64,000 bases of DNA from Octopus sinensis (lineage: Eukaryota): positions 143,964,001 through 144,028,000 of the forward strand of contig NC_043000.1 of NCBI RefSeq assembly GCF_006345805.1. Reading direction: 5' to 3'. A program made the position numbers and the translations under genes. Below are positions 1 through 13,700 of this stretch, piece after piece. Each line of letters starts with the position of its first letter. Position 1 is the stretch's first letter. The notes below the pieces were generated by a model. It had not been told where the DNA came from and made no database searches. It was given only the letters and a program-made list of their open reading frames with translations.

Positions 1-225
1 GACCATTTTACTATCTCTACTCCTTTTCCATTGATCCATTAAATTACCCAGAAAAATATCTCTCTCTTTCTCTCTATATATAACAGAATAAAGAATACAC
101 ACACAAACAAACACACACACACACGCACACACACACACTCACACACACATATATATATATCTGTATAACAGATTATATCTATCAAAGTATCTATCTATAT
201 ATAAATAAGAAAATAGCAGCATATT

Positions 226-590
226 TATGGAGTTGGAAACTAAGTTCGCGCCGTTTTTTTTTTAATTTGGGAATGTATTGAGTTTTTAAATTTTGAAATC
301 TATTTTTTCAAAGAATTCTATTTTTGAATCATTTTAGAATCTATTTCCTTTCTTTTCCTAGTTAATTTAATTAATTTTTATTTATTTTTAGATCATTAAA
401 TTGGAATGGCAAGTTAAGAAAAGCGAGCATTTTCGGCACCTCCTTGTTTTTGCCTTTAATCAAGGTTCTAATGCCGCAAAAGCTGCTCGCGACATTTGTG
501 CTGTGTATGGAGAGGGTGCCATAGCTGAAAGAACTGCTCGTGATTGGTATACCAAGTTCAAAAATGGAAATTGTGACCTCGTTCTGGTGT
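226..590 (+). mobile_element. Truncated mariner transposon: putative 5' TIR plus transposase N-terminal HTH
   Basis: ORF 401-619 reads MEWQVKKSEHFRHLLVFAFNQGSNAAKAARDICAVYGEGAIAERTARDWYTKFKNGN, a typical mariner HTH. TIR-like tatggagttggaaactaagttcgcgccgtttt lies at ~226-258. Similarity stops after cgttctgg (RSG). Confidence 0.85.
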
Positions 591-599
591 TTCCAGTGG

Positions 600-720
600 C
601 CCACAACATGATGACATAGGTTCATAACTGTTTGCCCTACAAACCAACAAAGGAGACTCTGCAACGCAGATCTATCTGGTTTACATACCTCCAACATCCA
701 GCCCCAAACTACGTTCTACT
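600..720 (+). mobile_element. Possible LINE APE-endonuclease relic
   Basis: One frame reads TQIYLVYIPPTSSP, resembling the NIYIPP motif of LINE endonucleases. The match is short and the frame has a stop. Confidence 0.3.
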
Positions 721-914
721 GACCTACGGGAAAAAGAAAATTAATAACGTAGAGCAGGTGTATGGAAATGTTGCTTCATCAGTAGTTTAAATTAATTTCG
801 GCCACGAGCGTGTACTCACAACTAACCAGACAGGAAACAAAATAACATCTCTAAAAATGCATCAGCATAAACAGCAGTATCTATACATTAATGTTTTTAA
901 TAATTGTTTGTTCA

Positions 915-1400
915 AATCGCTACCACGCCGGGTGAAATGTCTGGCGGTATTTCATCTGCCATTACTTTCTGAGTTCAAATTCCGCCGAGGTCGACATTGA
1001 CTTTCATCCTTTCGGGGTCGATAGATTAAGTACCAGTTACGCACTGGGGTCGATGTAATCGACTTAATCCCTTTGTCTGTCTTTGTTTGTCCCCTCTGTA
1101 TATAGCCCCTTGTGGGTAGTAAAGAAATAGCTATTTCGTAGACTGTTACGTCATGAGTTCAAATTCTGCCGAGGTTGACTGTGCCGTTCATCCTTTCGGA
1201 AGACGGTGAGCTTCCAGAAATGTTAGCACGCTAGGCGAAATGCTTAACGTATGTTGTCTGTCCTTACGTTCTTATTTCAAATTCTGCCGAGGTCAACTTT
1301 GCTTTCCGTCCTTTCGGAGTTGAAGAATTAAGTAGTAGTTGCGTACTGCGGTTGATTTAATCGACTAGCCCCTTCCACAAAAATTTCGGACCTTGCAGGA
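915..1400 (+). mobile_element. tRNA-derived SINE family A cluster (alpha-tailed unit, truncated unit, beta-tailed unit)
   Basis: Three copies of gagttcaaattccgccgaggtcgactttgcctttcatcctttcgg. Confidence 0.85.
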
Positions 1401-3139
1401 AAGAATATTTTTTTCAAAGCTGAGGATAAATAATTCGGTATTAGGAGAGTCTGTGAAAATCGAGCGCTAAGAAAGTACAGCGCTAAAATAATCTGTCATT
1501 CAGGCTTATATTTGGAAGCATATTATTCCAGTCTATCAAATATTTTAACCTCATTTTCTTCGCTTAATTTCATTTAACACCAGTGTAATAGGACATAATA
1601 TGTCGCTCTATTTCCTTCACACCTCGCTCTATCTCTTAATCAATCGACTTAACTATATATCTATACATACATTCATACATAAATACATACATAAATACAT
1701 ACATACATATATGGTCAAATACACACAAATAGGTAAACATCACAGATAATTCTAGTAAAATTTTTGGCATGAACGAAACAAACAAAATACTCCACAAAGT
1801 CAAACACTGAAGACATCCACACACGTGAATACATATGTACATACATGCATACGTACGTACACACGTTCAAATATACATGCACATATATATATGCATACAC
1901 ACAAGCACACACATATATATGCATGATATACATATGTATATATGAGTGTGTGTGTGTGTGTGTGTGGTGTGTGTGTGTGTGTATGGTCACATAGGAATAA
2001 ACACTAATATCTAAACACAATCTGTCTCTCACTTCTACATTACATTCCAATCTAGATTCATATGCTTTACTTTCGTGTTATCTTCTTTAAACCTACCGAA
2101 TTTCCAATACTTTCCAACTTTTTTCTCACACTTACTTTCCAGTACGAGATATTAGTAGCCACGGAATACAGATCATTTAACTACAGTCGCAAATATGATA
2201 TCAGTCCGTTACTATCAAAATGTGTACTAAATGAATACACAAGAAAAAGAGTCTGTGATCTTGATCTTCAGAGGCTTTATCACAAACGCCTTCCTTTTGA
2301 GTTTATGATTTTCTTATATATTTCGATATATACTCGTGGGAATATCTTGTATTTTTAAAGCGTCAGAATCGCCTAATTGAAGTTTCAAATGAAGGATGGG
2401 TTATATATGGCCAGATTCATTTATAAACATACATTTCTCATGGATTTCCCACTGATCTTACTAGACATTACTATATGTATGTGAATATGTGCATATGTGT
2501 ATATGTATGTCTTTATTGTTTGTGAATAGGTGTGTGTGTGTGTGTAGCAGTAAGTCTGGAGGTGTGAAAGACAAGTTAAAGTACGATTAGAACATTTTCG
2601 CCTCAAATCTCAAATTAAGAAACAACTTCAGTCTCGTCTACAGCAATCTCAAATTCTTTATCCGCGGCTTCAAATTCATTATCGCTCATCTACATATTTA
2701 TCACATTTGTTGTAAAACGACAGTTTTATTAAATACAAGTATACGGCAACAAAGACAAAAACACAGCCTAAGTGATGTTATTCTTACTTCCATATTAGGA
2801 AATTCACTAAAACCGAAAGTACGTAAATATATTTGATTTCATTTACGAATATAATTTGGCTGAAAATGTTATGTTTCAATTATGATACGTAGTTTTACGT
2901 TTAATGCGCTAAATATATGTATATTTATATAAGATGCGACATTTTTCATTACAAAAATCATGTAATTCTTCACAAAACTTTCGATCAGTCTCTTAGAGTT
3001 CTGATACCATTAACCACTTCTGTCAATCTGTGCTCGTAAAATAAATGAAAAAAATGTTTGTTCTATCCTACAGAGAGAACTTTTAAGAAGACGATGATTA
3101 ATTTGAAGGAGAAGGCCACCGTGTGTGTCTGTGCGCACG

Positions 3140-3174
<35 letters not shown>

Positions 3175-3190
3175 CTATATATATATAATA

Positions 3191-3226
<36 letters not shown>

Positions 3227-3228
3227 TT

Positions 3229-3264
<36 letters not shown>

Positions 3265-4040
3265 GAGATAGTAGTGTATATGTCGGTCAATCTGTGTGAC
3301 TGGTTGTTTTTTACCTGTCATTTATGTAGCTATGTATTGCAAAGTCCCAGTCAAATAGAACTTAGTAAATTTGACACTACTTCCTGTATTGTATCACGCT
3401 TCAATAAATTTTCCTCTGTCGCTTTTGGAAAATAACATGTAACATTTTATAGGTGTACGCATATAAAATTTTAATTATAATTTCCTTTTAACAGAAACAT
3501 TTTATTCATTGAGAATATCATATAGAGGTAAAATGTATTAAGGTTATACAATTACATTAAATATCAGAAGCGTTGTCCGTTTATTTTCATTGCAAATACG
3601 CCATCGGTTGGCTAGCGAAAAATTCGTATTTCTGCATAATATCCTAATGTAATATATTCAAAAGAATTTGTTATTCAATTCGTGGTGTTAAACATGTTTA
3701 TACTTAACCATACATCAAGGGTACATGAGTTTAACATATCTTGCAGGACACTTCAAAAATTACATTTACTTTCAGTATATTTGTTGGGTAAATTGGTTAC
3801 GGAATCCCATTTTACAAGATGAAGGTGATTTGATTGAGTGTTGGTCATTAGATCTGACAGTGATCACAGACACACGCAGCTAGAGACATATATACATGCA
3901 TAAAACCCCACTAGAATGGGAGAAAGCGCTAATGATCTGAATGATATGATCTGAATTATATGATATATATATGTAAAAAATGTAATATATAAATAATATC
4001 TGTAAATATGAACCATCCGATCTTCTGATTACCTCATTTC

Positions 4041-4129
<89 letters not shown>

Positions 4130-4156
4130 ATATATATATAATATATATATATATAC

Positions 4157-4218
<62 letters not shown>

Positions 4219-5335
4219 ATGAGTGTGTGTGTGTGTGAATTGAGAGAGAGAAGGGATAAATTGATAGCTGTTCAAATAAAAATTGTTGATAGTAACTTGT
4301 TTGAATGAGCAATAACGCGCGAATCCAAATAGCTTATGTGTCAATTATTTTTGACTTCAATTGTACGTGTGTATTTGGGTATGAGAATGATTGTACAATG
4401 AATGAACAGTTAAGAATTCATGTAGGAATTCAATGATTTACATTGTCGAAGTGGGAAAATGGATCATTATTAGTTAAAAGAAGAATCGGTTCAAGAGGAC
4501 TGTGTCATTGTTTGATTTAGAAAATCATCTCCCGACTTCGTGGCTTCGGGAATAAATTCCTGTCTGCCGCAACTTACTAATACTGTGTACGTAAAAGCGA
4601 GATCTCGAAAACAATTCGGAAATCTACCCAAAAAGCTTTTGAAACCAATCTTTATATAATATTCTTTTTAGTTTTATGTGCATCGAAATCCACTGTTCCA
4701 TAGTAATTATACACACACACATACACACATTACAACGAACTCAATGTAGTAAATGTACAATCCATATTGCCCCCGAATGCAGTTCCTCAGTACTTTAAAT
4801 AAATCAGGAATATAAGTATATTTTGAACAACGGTAAAACATGACAGGAAGAAAGAAAGAAAGAAAAACTATACAAAAAACGGAAATGGGAAGAGGTAGGT
4901 ATTTGTCCAAAAATAATTATATACCGTTATTAGTTCTAGACTGCTAGAATAGAAGGTAATAAGTAGTTTGAAGGATAAATATTAGATTCTGCTATTTGTG
5001 AAGAAATTGACATAACTTTTGCCTATTGATTCTAAAATAGAATTATTGAAAATTAAAAATATGCGGTGATTAACAAAACTCAGAAATTATATATATATGT
5101 TGATTGAAAATGGAAGTGAATGTGTTTCAGTGTCTAAATATGGATAGATGTTACAACTGATGAATTTTAATGTTTTTTACTAAGGTTATAATTGAAGTAA
5201 AAATTAAGAGCTAAATATTTGTTGATTCAGACCAAGACAGTAAACCTACGACTTAATATATTAGTGCGTTTTGTAACGTGGTGTAATATATAAATTGACG
5301 AATTAATACTGAAAAGGTATATGAATGTATATGCA

Positions 5336-6138
5336 TACGTGGTCTGATCAATAAGTATAGAGACTTTTGCCATAGTAACGACGCTAAAGAAAGCATGGTG
5401 AAGCTGCTCTGCAGAGAGTGATCTTGGACAGTGCTGTGCATGCGCACTAAGTTTTAACGTTATAGCTCACTTCCGCTGTTTACGTGTGTAGCATGTGATC
5501 GTCGCATTGAACATCACAGAGGAAATTGTCATGGTGATACCTGCTCAGGGGCCTACGGAAAGTTACAGAAAGTGTATGGAGAGGGGTGTATGAGCCACAT
5601 AGAAGTGTACTAGTGGTCAGACGTTTCCAAGATGGCCGAAAGATGTCGATAACGACGAACGTTCTTGGGGACCTGCAATCAGCAGAAATAAAGAAAACAT
5701 TGCGTGTTCCTGTGCAGCTGTGACGGGAAATCATTGAGTCGCCACCTGTGGGTTTAAGAAGATGTGGATATTAGTTCTGTTCAGTCTATTAGCGCTGAAG
5801 ATTTGGGTATGAGAGGCGTATCTGCCAAGTTTGTGCTAAAACTGCTTTCAGTTGACCAAAAAGATACTTGGGCTTCAGTTGTATAAATTTTCCTTGATTG
5901 TGTCGAGAACGATGAAACCTTTGCTTAAGTCTTTGAGCAGCTATCATCAAGTTTTTGCAAAATTTGATTTAGATTCTCTGCTCAACTATCTCTGTTATGC
6001 TTTGCTGTAAACAGCGAAAGTACACTAGAACTTTAAGCATAAGTTCACACACATAGCAGAGTTCAAGCGGCTTCACTCTGCGTGTTTTAGCTTCGCTACT
6101 ATAGCAACAGTCCAGATACATATTGATCAGACCTCGTA
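5336..6138 (+). mobile_element. Internally deleted mariner element with TA termini and long TIRs
   Basis: TIR tacgtggtctgatcaataagtat (5336) pairs with atacatattgatcagacctcgta (6138). Decayed transposase reads GKLQKVYGEGCMS...DERS...EDLGMRGVSAKFVLKLLSVDQK. Confidence 0.9.
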
Positions 6139-6171
6139 TGTATATGTGTATATATATATATGCATGTATAC

Positions 6172-6257
<86 letters not shown>

Positions 6258-7139
6258 GTACATAGAAAGAGAGTGACATATTGAATTGTACTATATGTGA
6301 AAAACTAGTTTTCTGTATATATATATATATCGATACATATCGATACATATCGGTACATAGCCGCACAAACACATACACATACGCGTATACACAAGCACTA
6401 ATATTGAAGTTTCATTTTACGGTCGAGTGAAAGTGGATACAATAGAGAGTACGCATAATATTTTATGAGCGGAGAATAGTTCAGAAACAATGAAGAGGAT
6501 TTAATTACGTACTGAATTATTTGTCTAAGAAGTAATATCTCACGAAAATTTAGGCTGTTTGCTAAATGTTATCAATTCATAAAAAGATTATATATGCAGA
6601 AATGTATATTAAAATCTCGGGTCACGCTTTGAACCGGTCCTAGCATGTAATCCAGGGCAACATGTCGTACACTCTGGGCAACGGGCCGTCGGACCGTTGG
6701 CCACTAATCCAGGAACCCTATCAAGCCTGTTTGCTATGGAAGGCAGCTTATGTAGGATACCTGCAGTATAAAACTCGAACTAGTCAAAAGATGGATGAAT
6801 GAACATACTAAAGTCATCGACCATCTAACAGTAATGAGACGCACTTATTCTTTGTTTAGATGCCTTTCTACGAGAGGGTAATTCCGAAATAACACTCGAC
6901 TTGCTGTAAAGCCGGACAGCTTGATCTCGAGTGCTTCCGGACTACTTAAGAATGTTAGTATTGTGAAAAATGTTATTGACATTGAATTTCAGCATGAGAA
7001 TTGCTGATAATTATTGTCTACACATCTAGCAAAAAAAAAAAAAAAAAGAACTAGCAATAAGATTATTCTTGAGTTGTGTAAGTTTATAGGATCGATTTCC
7101 TATAATCTCCGGTTTCCGTGGAGAATACATTCTGACTTT

Positions 7140-7312
7140 TAACGTGACGCCGCATCGTCAAAGGACTACTCATTTTTACCTGAGAGTGGACTGGAGTAAC
7201 GGGAAAAGAATTGATTTGCCCAAGAACACAATATGTCCCCTGGTCCTAGAATCGAAAGCAGTTTCATGATCATGAGGTCAACACCCAAACCACTAAGCCA
7301 CGCACCTCCACT
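7140..7312 (-). mobile_element. tRNA-derived SINE family E (CORE-like)
   Basis: Reverse complement gtggaggtgcgtggcttagtggtt...ttcgatt...gtgttcttgggcaa...ctccagtccactc shows A/B-box-like motifs. Confidence 0.7.
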
Positions 7313-7405
7313 TACTTAACATTTAGGATATGATATTTTGCCATTGAGTCTCATGATTATTTACGTGTAGACGTCAAAAATATGTGTACGGTATTAGCTA
7401 CAATT

Positions 7406-7636
7406 AGGCGGCGTGCTGGCAGAAACGTTAGCACGCCGGGCGAAATGCTTAGCGGTATTTCGTCTGCGTTACGTTGTGAGTTCAAATTCCGCCGAGGTCG
7501 ACTTTGCCTTTCATCCTTTCGGGGTCGATAAATTAAGTACCAGTTACGCACTGGGGTCGATGTAATCGCCTTAATACCTATGTCTGTCCTTGTATATCCC
7601 CTCTGTGTTTGGCCCCTTGTGGGTAATAAAGAAATA
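7406..7636 (+). mobile_element. SINE family A, alpha tail, 16-bp TSD
   Basis: Full head aggcggcgtgctggcagaaacgttagc. TSD ggtattagctacaatt at 7390-7405 and 7637-7652. Confidence 0.95.
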
Positions 7637-7957
7637 GGTATTAGCTACAATTGCCCCAACTTCGTCCCCTTTCTTAACACCTAATTTAACTTCTCTTCAC
7701 TTGTCTTCTCTCTCTCTCCTCCTTATGTTCATCATAGCCATGAACAACCCACACACACCGCATCTTACGTTACCACAGGCGAAAGTATAGATATAAAGTC
7801 ATACACAGACACATTCATAGACACTCGCAAACAAAAACGTATATATCGGATATATTAATATAAATGTGTGTATACATAGATACATATATACACACTTCAC
7901 GCACACATACATATATATATATACATATATATGTATTACACACACACACACACACAG

Positions 7958-7988
<31 letters not shown>

Positions 7989-8086
7989 TATATACATAAA
8001 CATATATATATATATATGTGCGTGTATATATCTATGCATACGCACACACACACACATATATATGGATATATACGTGTGTGTATATA

Positions 8087-8192
8087 GGCTCGAAACGTTA
8101 AAGACTTTTTCCTTTCAAGAGCGTTACACTAATACATCTGTTTGTTGTCTACACTACTTGTCTTCGTCTTTAACTTTTTTGTGAATTTCCCC
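8087..8192 (+). mobile_element. Penelope-like terminal fragment in (TA)n
   Basis: Starts gctcgaaacgttaaa, the 3' half of the hammerhead-like motif also seen at 24646. Flanked by (TA)n. Confidence 0.5.
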
Positions 8193-8200
8193 TATATATA

Positions 8201-8272
<72 letters not shown>

Positions 8273-9211
8273 ATAATATATATATATATATATTATATAT
8301 ATAATACATACAAAACCTTCTTATCTCAGCTATTTCTTCCCTTAACATTCTAGTAAATGATGTTACACGTATTTAGAGTAAATGAATTTTGACAGAAAAT
8401 TTCTTTGAAGCACACACTTACACACATATAGATATATGCCTATGATGATACACATATGCATATATATGCATTTATACACAAACACACACACACATAATCT
8501 TAATTTATGTATGTAATATCATAAGTGCTATTGTGTTTGCTATAACTTTTTATGAAGTTGATCATTGTTAATGCTAAATATTTCTCGACGACAGAGACTG
8601 TTGTTTTCTTTAACTTTTAGAGTGTCTTGATACATTCATGTTCAAGTATTTAGTATAAGAAAATACCTTTGCATTGTAAAGAAATACAATGACGGGAGCA
8701 ATGGTAACACAATGTCCATTTCATTTCAATAACTACGAATTCCAATCTCATAAGCGTCAATACACGGACTGATATATTTGCTTGAATGTAAATCTCTACT
8801 TGAGTATATTCTCTTTCACACAGTTTATGCTTTGTATTTTCCATTTTTTCATTTTCTTTAATTTGCTTCCATTGTTTTTTTGTTTTTTTTTTTTAGTATG
8901 TTGTTTCTAGTTTACGAATTTTCTTTCCAACTTCTATCACTTCATATTACGAACAACATTAGGATATATTCTACGATACACAATACCTGTCGGCTGTTCA
9001 GATTTACATCAGACCACTGACTGAAGGCGACTTTGACAGACTGTCGGTGTAAAAAGAAGTAGAGGAAACTAACCGCTAGTGTCCGTATAGCAAGAATCTA
9101 CCGCTTCTTCCAGTCCTATAGTTCTGCATCCTATCGTTCCAGTCGTATCGTTCTGCATCACTTGTGCAATATGTATATATATATATATGAATGTGTATTT
9201 GTGTGTGTATG

Positions 9212-9278
<67 letters not shown>

Positions 9279-9970
9279 ATGTATATGTGTGTATATATAT
9301 ATATATAATGCATATCTCTCTCTCTTTTATATATATATATAAATATGTATGTGTGTGTGTATGGGGTTAGATAGACTGATAAATAGATAATGAGACAGAT
9401 TTCATGTACTGTAACGAAAACGTTAAAATTGCGGATGAGGTATTATATTTACATTTAGATAAGATCCGGGAAGAAAGAAAGACACAATCTTATAGACAAC
9501 AAGGATTTCTCATAGAAATTCTATAGACGTTAGACATGAAACATCAGTAATCGTAGTGACTGGGAAGACACCAGCCTCTCGCCTCAGTTCTAGAGAAATT
9601 CTTAGAAACAATCCAATGTTGAGCCATGAGGAGATGCAATACACCACTATTATTCTACTAACAGTAGAACCTCCCTAAAAGCATGTTCTTTGCTGACCAG
9701 GTCGTGCATCATATTCGAACTCATTTATTAGAACTTCATTGACTGCGATAAATACCCCTACTACGGATCTCGTACTACCTCAGCATATACTATGATTTGT
9801 ATGAACTTACTCAATTAGTATCGAACTCACGTGAAGGGAAATATTCATGTCAGCCAGTCACTTAGTTTTGAATGTAATTCAGGGATGATAAAATGATTAC
9901 TGTAATGAAATTTTCCATTCTTGGTGGAACACTGCCACAGCAAAAATAGTTTTACAGTAAAATGAAAATA

Positions 9971-10398
9971 GGCGCAGGAGTGGCTGTGTGGTAAGTAGCT
10001 TCCAAACCAACCACATGGATCCGGGTTCAGTCCCACTGCGTAGCATCTTGGGCAAGTGTCCTCTGCTATAGCCCCGGGCCGACCAAAGCCTTGTGAATGG
10101 ATTTGGTAGACGGAAACTGAAAGAAGCCTGTCGTATATATGTATATATATATATATGTATGTGTGTTTGTGTGTTTGTTTGTGTGTCTGTGTTTGTCCCC
10201 CCAACATCGCTTGACAACCGATGCTGGTGTGTTTATGTCCCCGTTACTTAGCGGTTCGACAAAAGAGACCGATAGTATAAGTACTGGGCTTACAAAAAGA
10301 ATAAGTCCCGGGGTCGAGTTGCTCGATTAAAGGCGGTGCTCCAGCATGGCCGCAGTCAAATGACTGAAAAAAGTAAAAGAGTAAAAGAGTAAAGAGTA
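9971..10398 (+). mobile_element. SINE family B (tRNA head, CORE-like cttgggcaagtg, internal (TA)n(TG)n, 3' module, (taaaagag)n tail)
   Basis: Same module order as the copies at 18268, 28578 and 34275. Confidence 0.9.
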
Positions 10399-10599
10399 TT
10401 GTCACTGGAAATATAATAACTACCGTGTAGCTTTCATATAACTGCAGGTGTTGGGGTTTGTTGAGTAACTTAGTTTTGTTGTTTCCATGGTGGAAATATA
10501 TACGAAAGATGGTGACACTATTGAAAACTTCGAAGAAATATCAGGGTACAATTTAAGGAAGAAAAGGTAAAACACTTGAAGTATATTTATCTCCAGAGC

Positions 10600-10760
10600 C
10601 AATAGAGATGACAAGCATACAACTACGTGAGGTTTTACATACTTGGGTTGCTTTATCAACGAGTTAGCTGATACGACTGCCGTCATACGGCTGATGTTTG
10701 GCAAAGCCAAATCAACGTTTCTTCAGCTCAAGGCTATCTGGAGCATGAATATTTCTGAGG
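10600..10760 (+). mobile_element. RTE-like LINE RT C-terminal relic
   Basis: Frame from 10634 reads FTYLGCFINELADTTAVIRLMFGKAKSTFLQLKAIWSMNIS, matching the RTE pattern FTYLGS...RIGKA..AF..L..IW. Confidence 0.75.
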
Positions 10761-13700
10761 ATGGAGAGGAGTAGAGAGAGGAGAATGAATCACAGTGGAA
10801 ATATAAGAAAAGTAAGAGTATGTGCGTGTGAGTGTATACACGGAAAGAGAAAAATCAATATAAATATATAGGCAGATATGATGACAAACCTGGATTCTGC
10901 CAAGCAGAGGGGAAAATATTATTTTCTGGTGGAAATATTATTTCCACCATATTTGACAAACAAACACAACCGATGGATATCTGTTTCATAACTACTTTGT
11001 AATAAAAAGAAATGAAAACATGGTTCGATGAGAACGAAACGAAAGCGGGCAGACACTACAGAAACAGAAGAGATAAAACGAAAGATTAGAAAGAGTATAC
11101 AAGTAATGCAATGGATACTTCACGTGTCACTTTTAGAATGAAGAAAATAAGAGAAATAATTCGAAAACCGCCGGAAAAATTGCGACGTAAATTTTACTCT
11201 AAACTACTATGAATGTGCAGAAAGAAATAAAGTCTCTGCGATATTTATTAAGTAAACAATTCTATTTTACTACGCCGAGCAGAGCACAATTGTCTGCCGT
11301 CACTTCCTTGCGATTCCATCACTACTTCAGCAGCATCAGTGAATTCTATGGTTATAGGAAAAGATGCAATAGATATTAACATACCTCTGAGGTTGTCTAT
11401 ACTTTCCGACTCAGTGCAGATATTAACTATTGACAAATAGTCTTAATTTTTCAACTTACTCATTGATTTTAAATTATCTTTTCATGACGTTTCTTAACAC
11501 TAGCTAATACTAACAAGTCCCCGACAACCATCTTTACTACCATACACTTTTTTATGTATTCTGGCTGAGTTCACTTCTTTCTGGCGCAACTAAAAGACTT
11601 ACTGGCTTGTGGTATCTAGTTATTATCCATTCATCAATCAATCTATCAATTTGTCCAGCTATTTCGCTCTCTCTCTCTCTCTCTCTCTTCACCTCTCACT
11701 TTCTTTCTCTTTCTCCCTCTCTTCCTCTCTCACTCTCTCTTTCTCTCTACAAACATATGCACACGCGTACGAGCACATGAAAACAAACACACCCTCATGT
11801 AAAGAAGAGAAATAAACTGAAATGAAAACCAGAGAGAAGCATGTATTACACACAGATCTACACATACACACACACACACATACATAATATATATATATAT
11901 ATATATATACACACAAAAACGCTCACACACGCTCGCCCACATACTTATACACACATATATAATACATGCTACAAAACTGTCATAGAGAAATTTCGAACAC
12001 ATATATCCGTATCTGTTTGTCTTTGCGCGTATACGTATATGTGTATGCATGTATAAGTAATAATCTTATTGACTTAAGCATGCATTCATAAACTTTAATA
12101 TATTGTACATACATGCACACACACGCTAGGCTGAGATTGAATACAATAGTCTTTCTTTATTGTCATTTAAAGCAGCGGAACTCATACAATAGAAAGTGAC
12201 TGGCGAGTTAAGTAATATCTACTGTGATAACCTAGATTGAAGTGAACAGGAAGTCACAAGAATGCCGTGTTTTACAGTCATCGGCCTTAACTGATCTTTT
12301 GATCGCTTGTTTAAAATCTCTACGACACCAGGTGAAAAGGTGTTCCTAAATCAGATGGTTCTTTTCATTTGAGACCAGACTCTTATTCCTTGGCGTAAAA
12401 GTCAGTGAACTGACATAAAAGTACTGAATTTGAAAATGTGCTCAAAGCGATGGTTTTTATACAACTGCATAAGAGCAGAAATTCTTGTAAATCAAAGCAA
12501 CGATTTCTTTGATTATTAACTTTCCTGCTTATTTCACTCAACTTTAGTAGCAGCTAACTGCGTCTATATCGATAATAAGAAATGGCTGCTTACAATCAGT
12601 TATTTCGTTGCATATGCTTGTGCGTGTGTCATTTTAAATCTAAAGTTGTAAGCATATTTTCATGAAGTGTGAAAGCAAGGTTTCAATGTTCTTTTTATGT
12701 GTCTTCGGTAAAACAGGCGTACGTTCGTGTCCTGATGAAGGTGATGTAATGCAATTTCAAGGAGTGAATATAGTAAAGAATATCTGGTTTTCTTCTTAAC
12801 TGAAGCAGAACCACTAGAAGCAAATTGTCACTCTTTTCTTGCAGTTAGTATTTTGCATGCGGTCATGACATTGATTGTTTGATGAGTGTCGTGAGTCCAA
12901 TTAATAAGCATGATTGATATTGCCATTAGTAGTGTGGTTGATAGTATTGTTAATTTGGATAATGACATGAATTCTTCATGTGCATATCGAACTATAAACA
13001 AGTAGCATAATAGTGACTATTAGAAAGGTTTATTCTGAGGTATTAATGTATTAATGCGTCGGTTTTATGAATCCTTACAGAGATTTTCAACAGTTCATGC
13101 CTACTTTGATACCAATCTTAAAATAAAGATTAAGTTACTCTCTAGATATTTTCACATTTCACTAGAGAAATTGTTTTATCATCAAAATTTTAAATATTTC
13201 TGATCACGTAAATTGACAAAACCAATGAACATATAGATATACTTCTTTTTATTAAACACTAGACTGGGTCTTACAAAGTTAGACTTTTTTTCTTGACTTA
13301 CACTACTATATTTCTCTCTCTAATTTACGTTTCGAAACATGGTATAATGTATTCTATCCCGATTGAGAGAAATATCCTTGACGTCGCAGAAACAATTGCT
13401 AAAAATATTCTGTCCAAACCCATGACGCTTTCGGCCTCTTCGCTAAGGAATTTATAGAATTATATCAACCAGTGTTCTACTCTTTTATATCATTGACCAA
13501 TTGTCACTAGTCCCGGAGAAGGTAACAAAAATGCATTTACATTTCATATTACCGAAGCAGTACACTCTATCAGGTGTGAGAAACTCTTTGCTAATCTGCT
13601 GCTTACAGTTTTCATCCATCTCCCGTTTGAATATTTTCAGTAACATCATGCCACTGAGGTCTGCACTGGAGAAGAGCTGTCTCATGCATAGGCTATCAGC

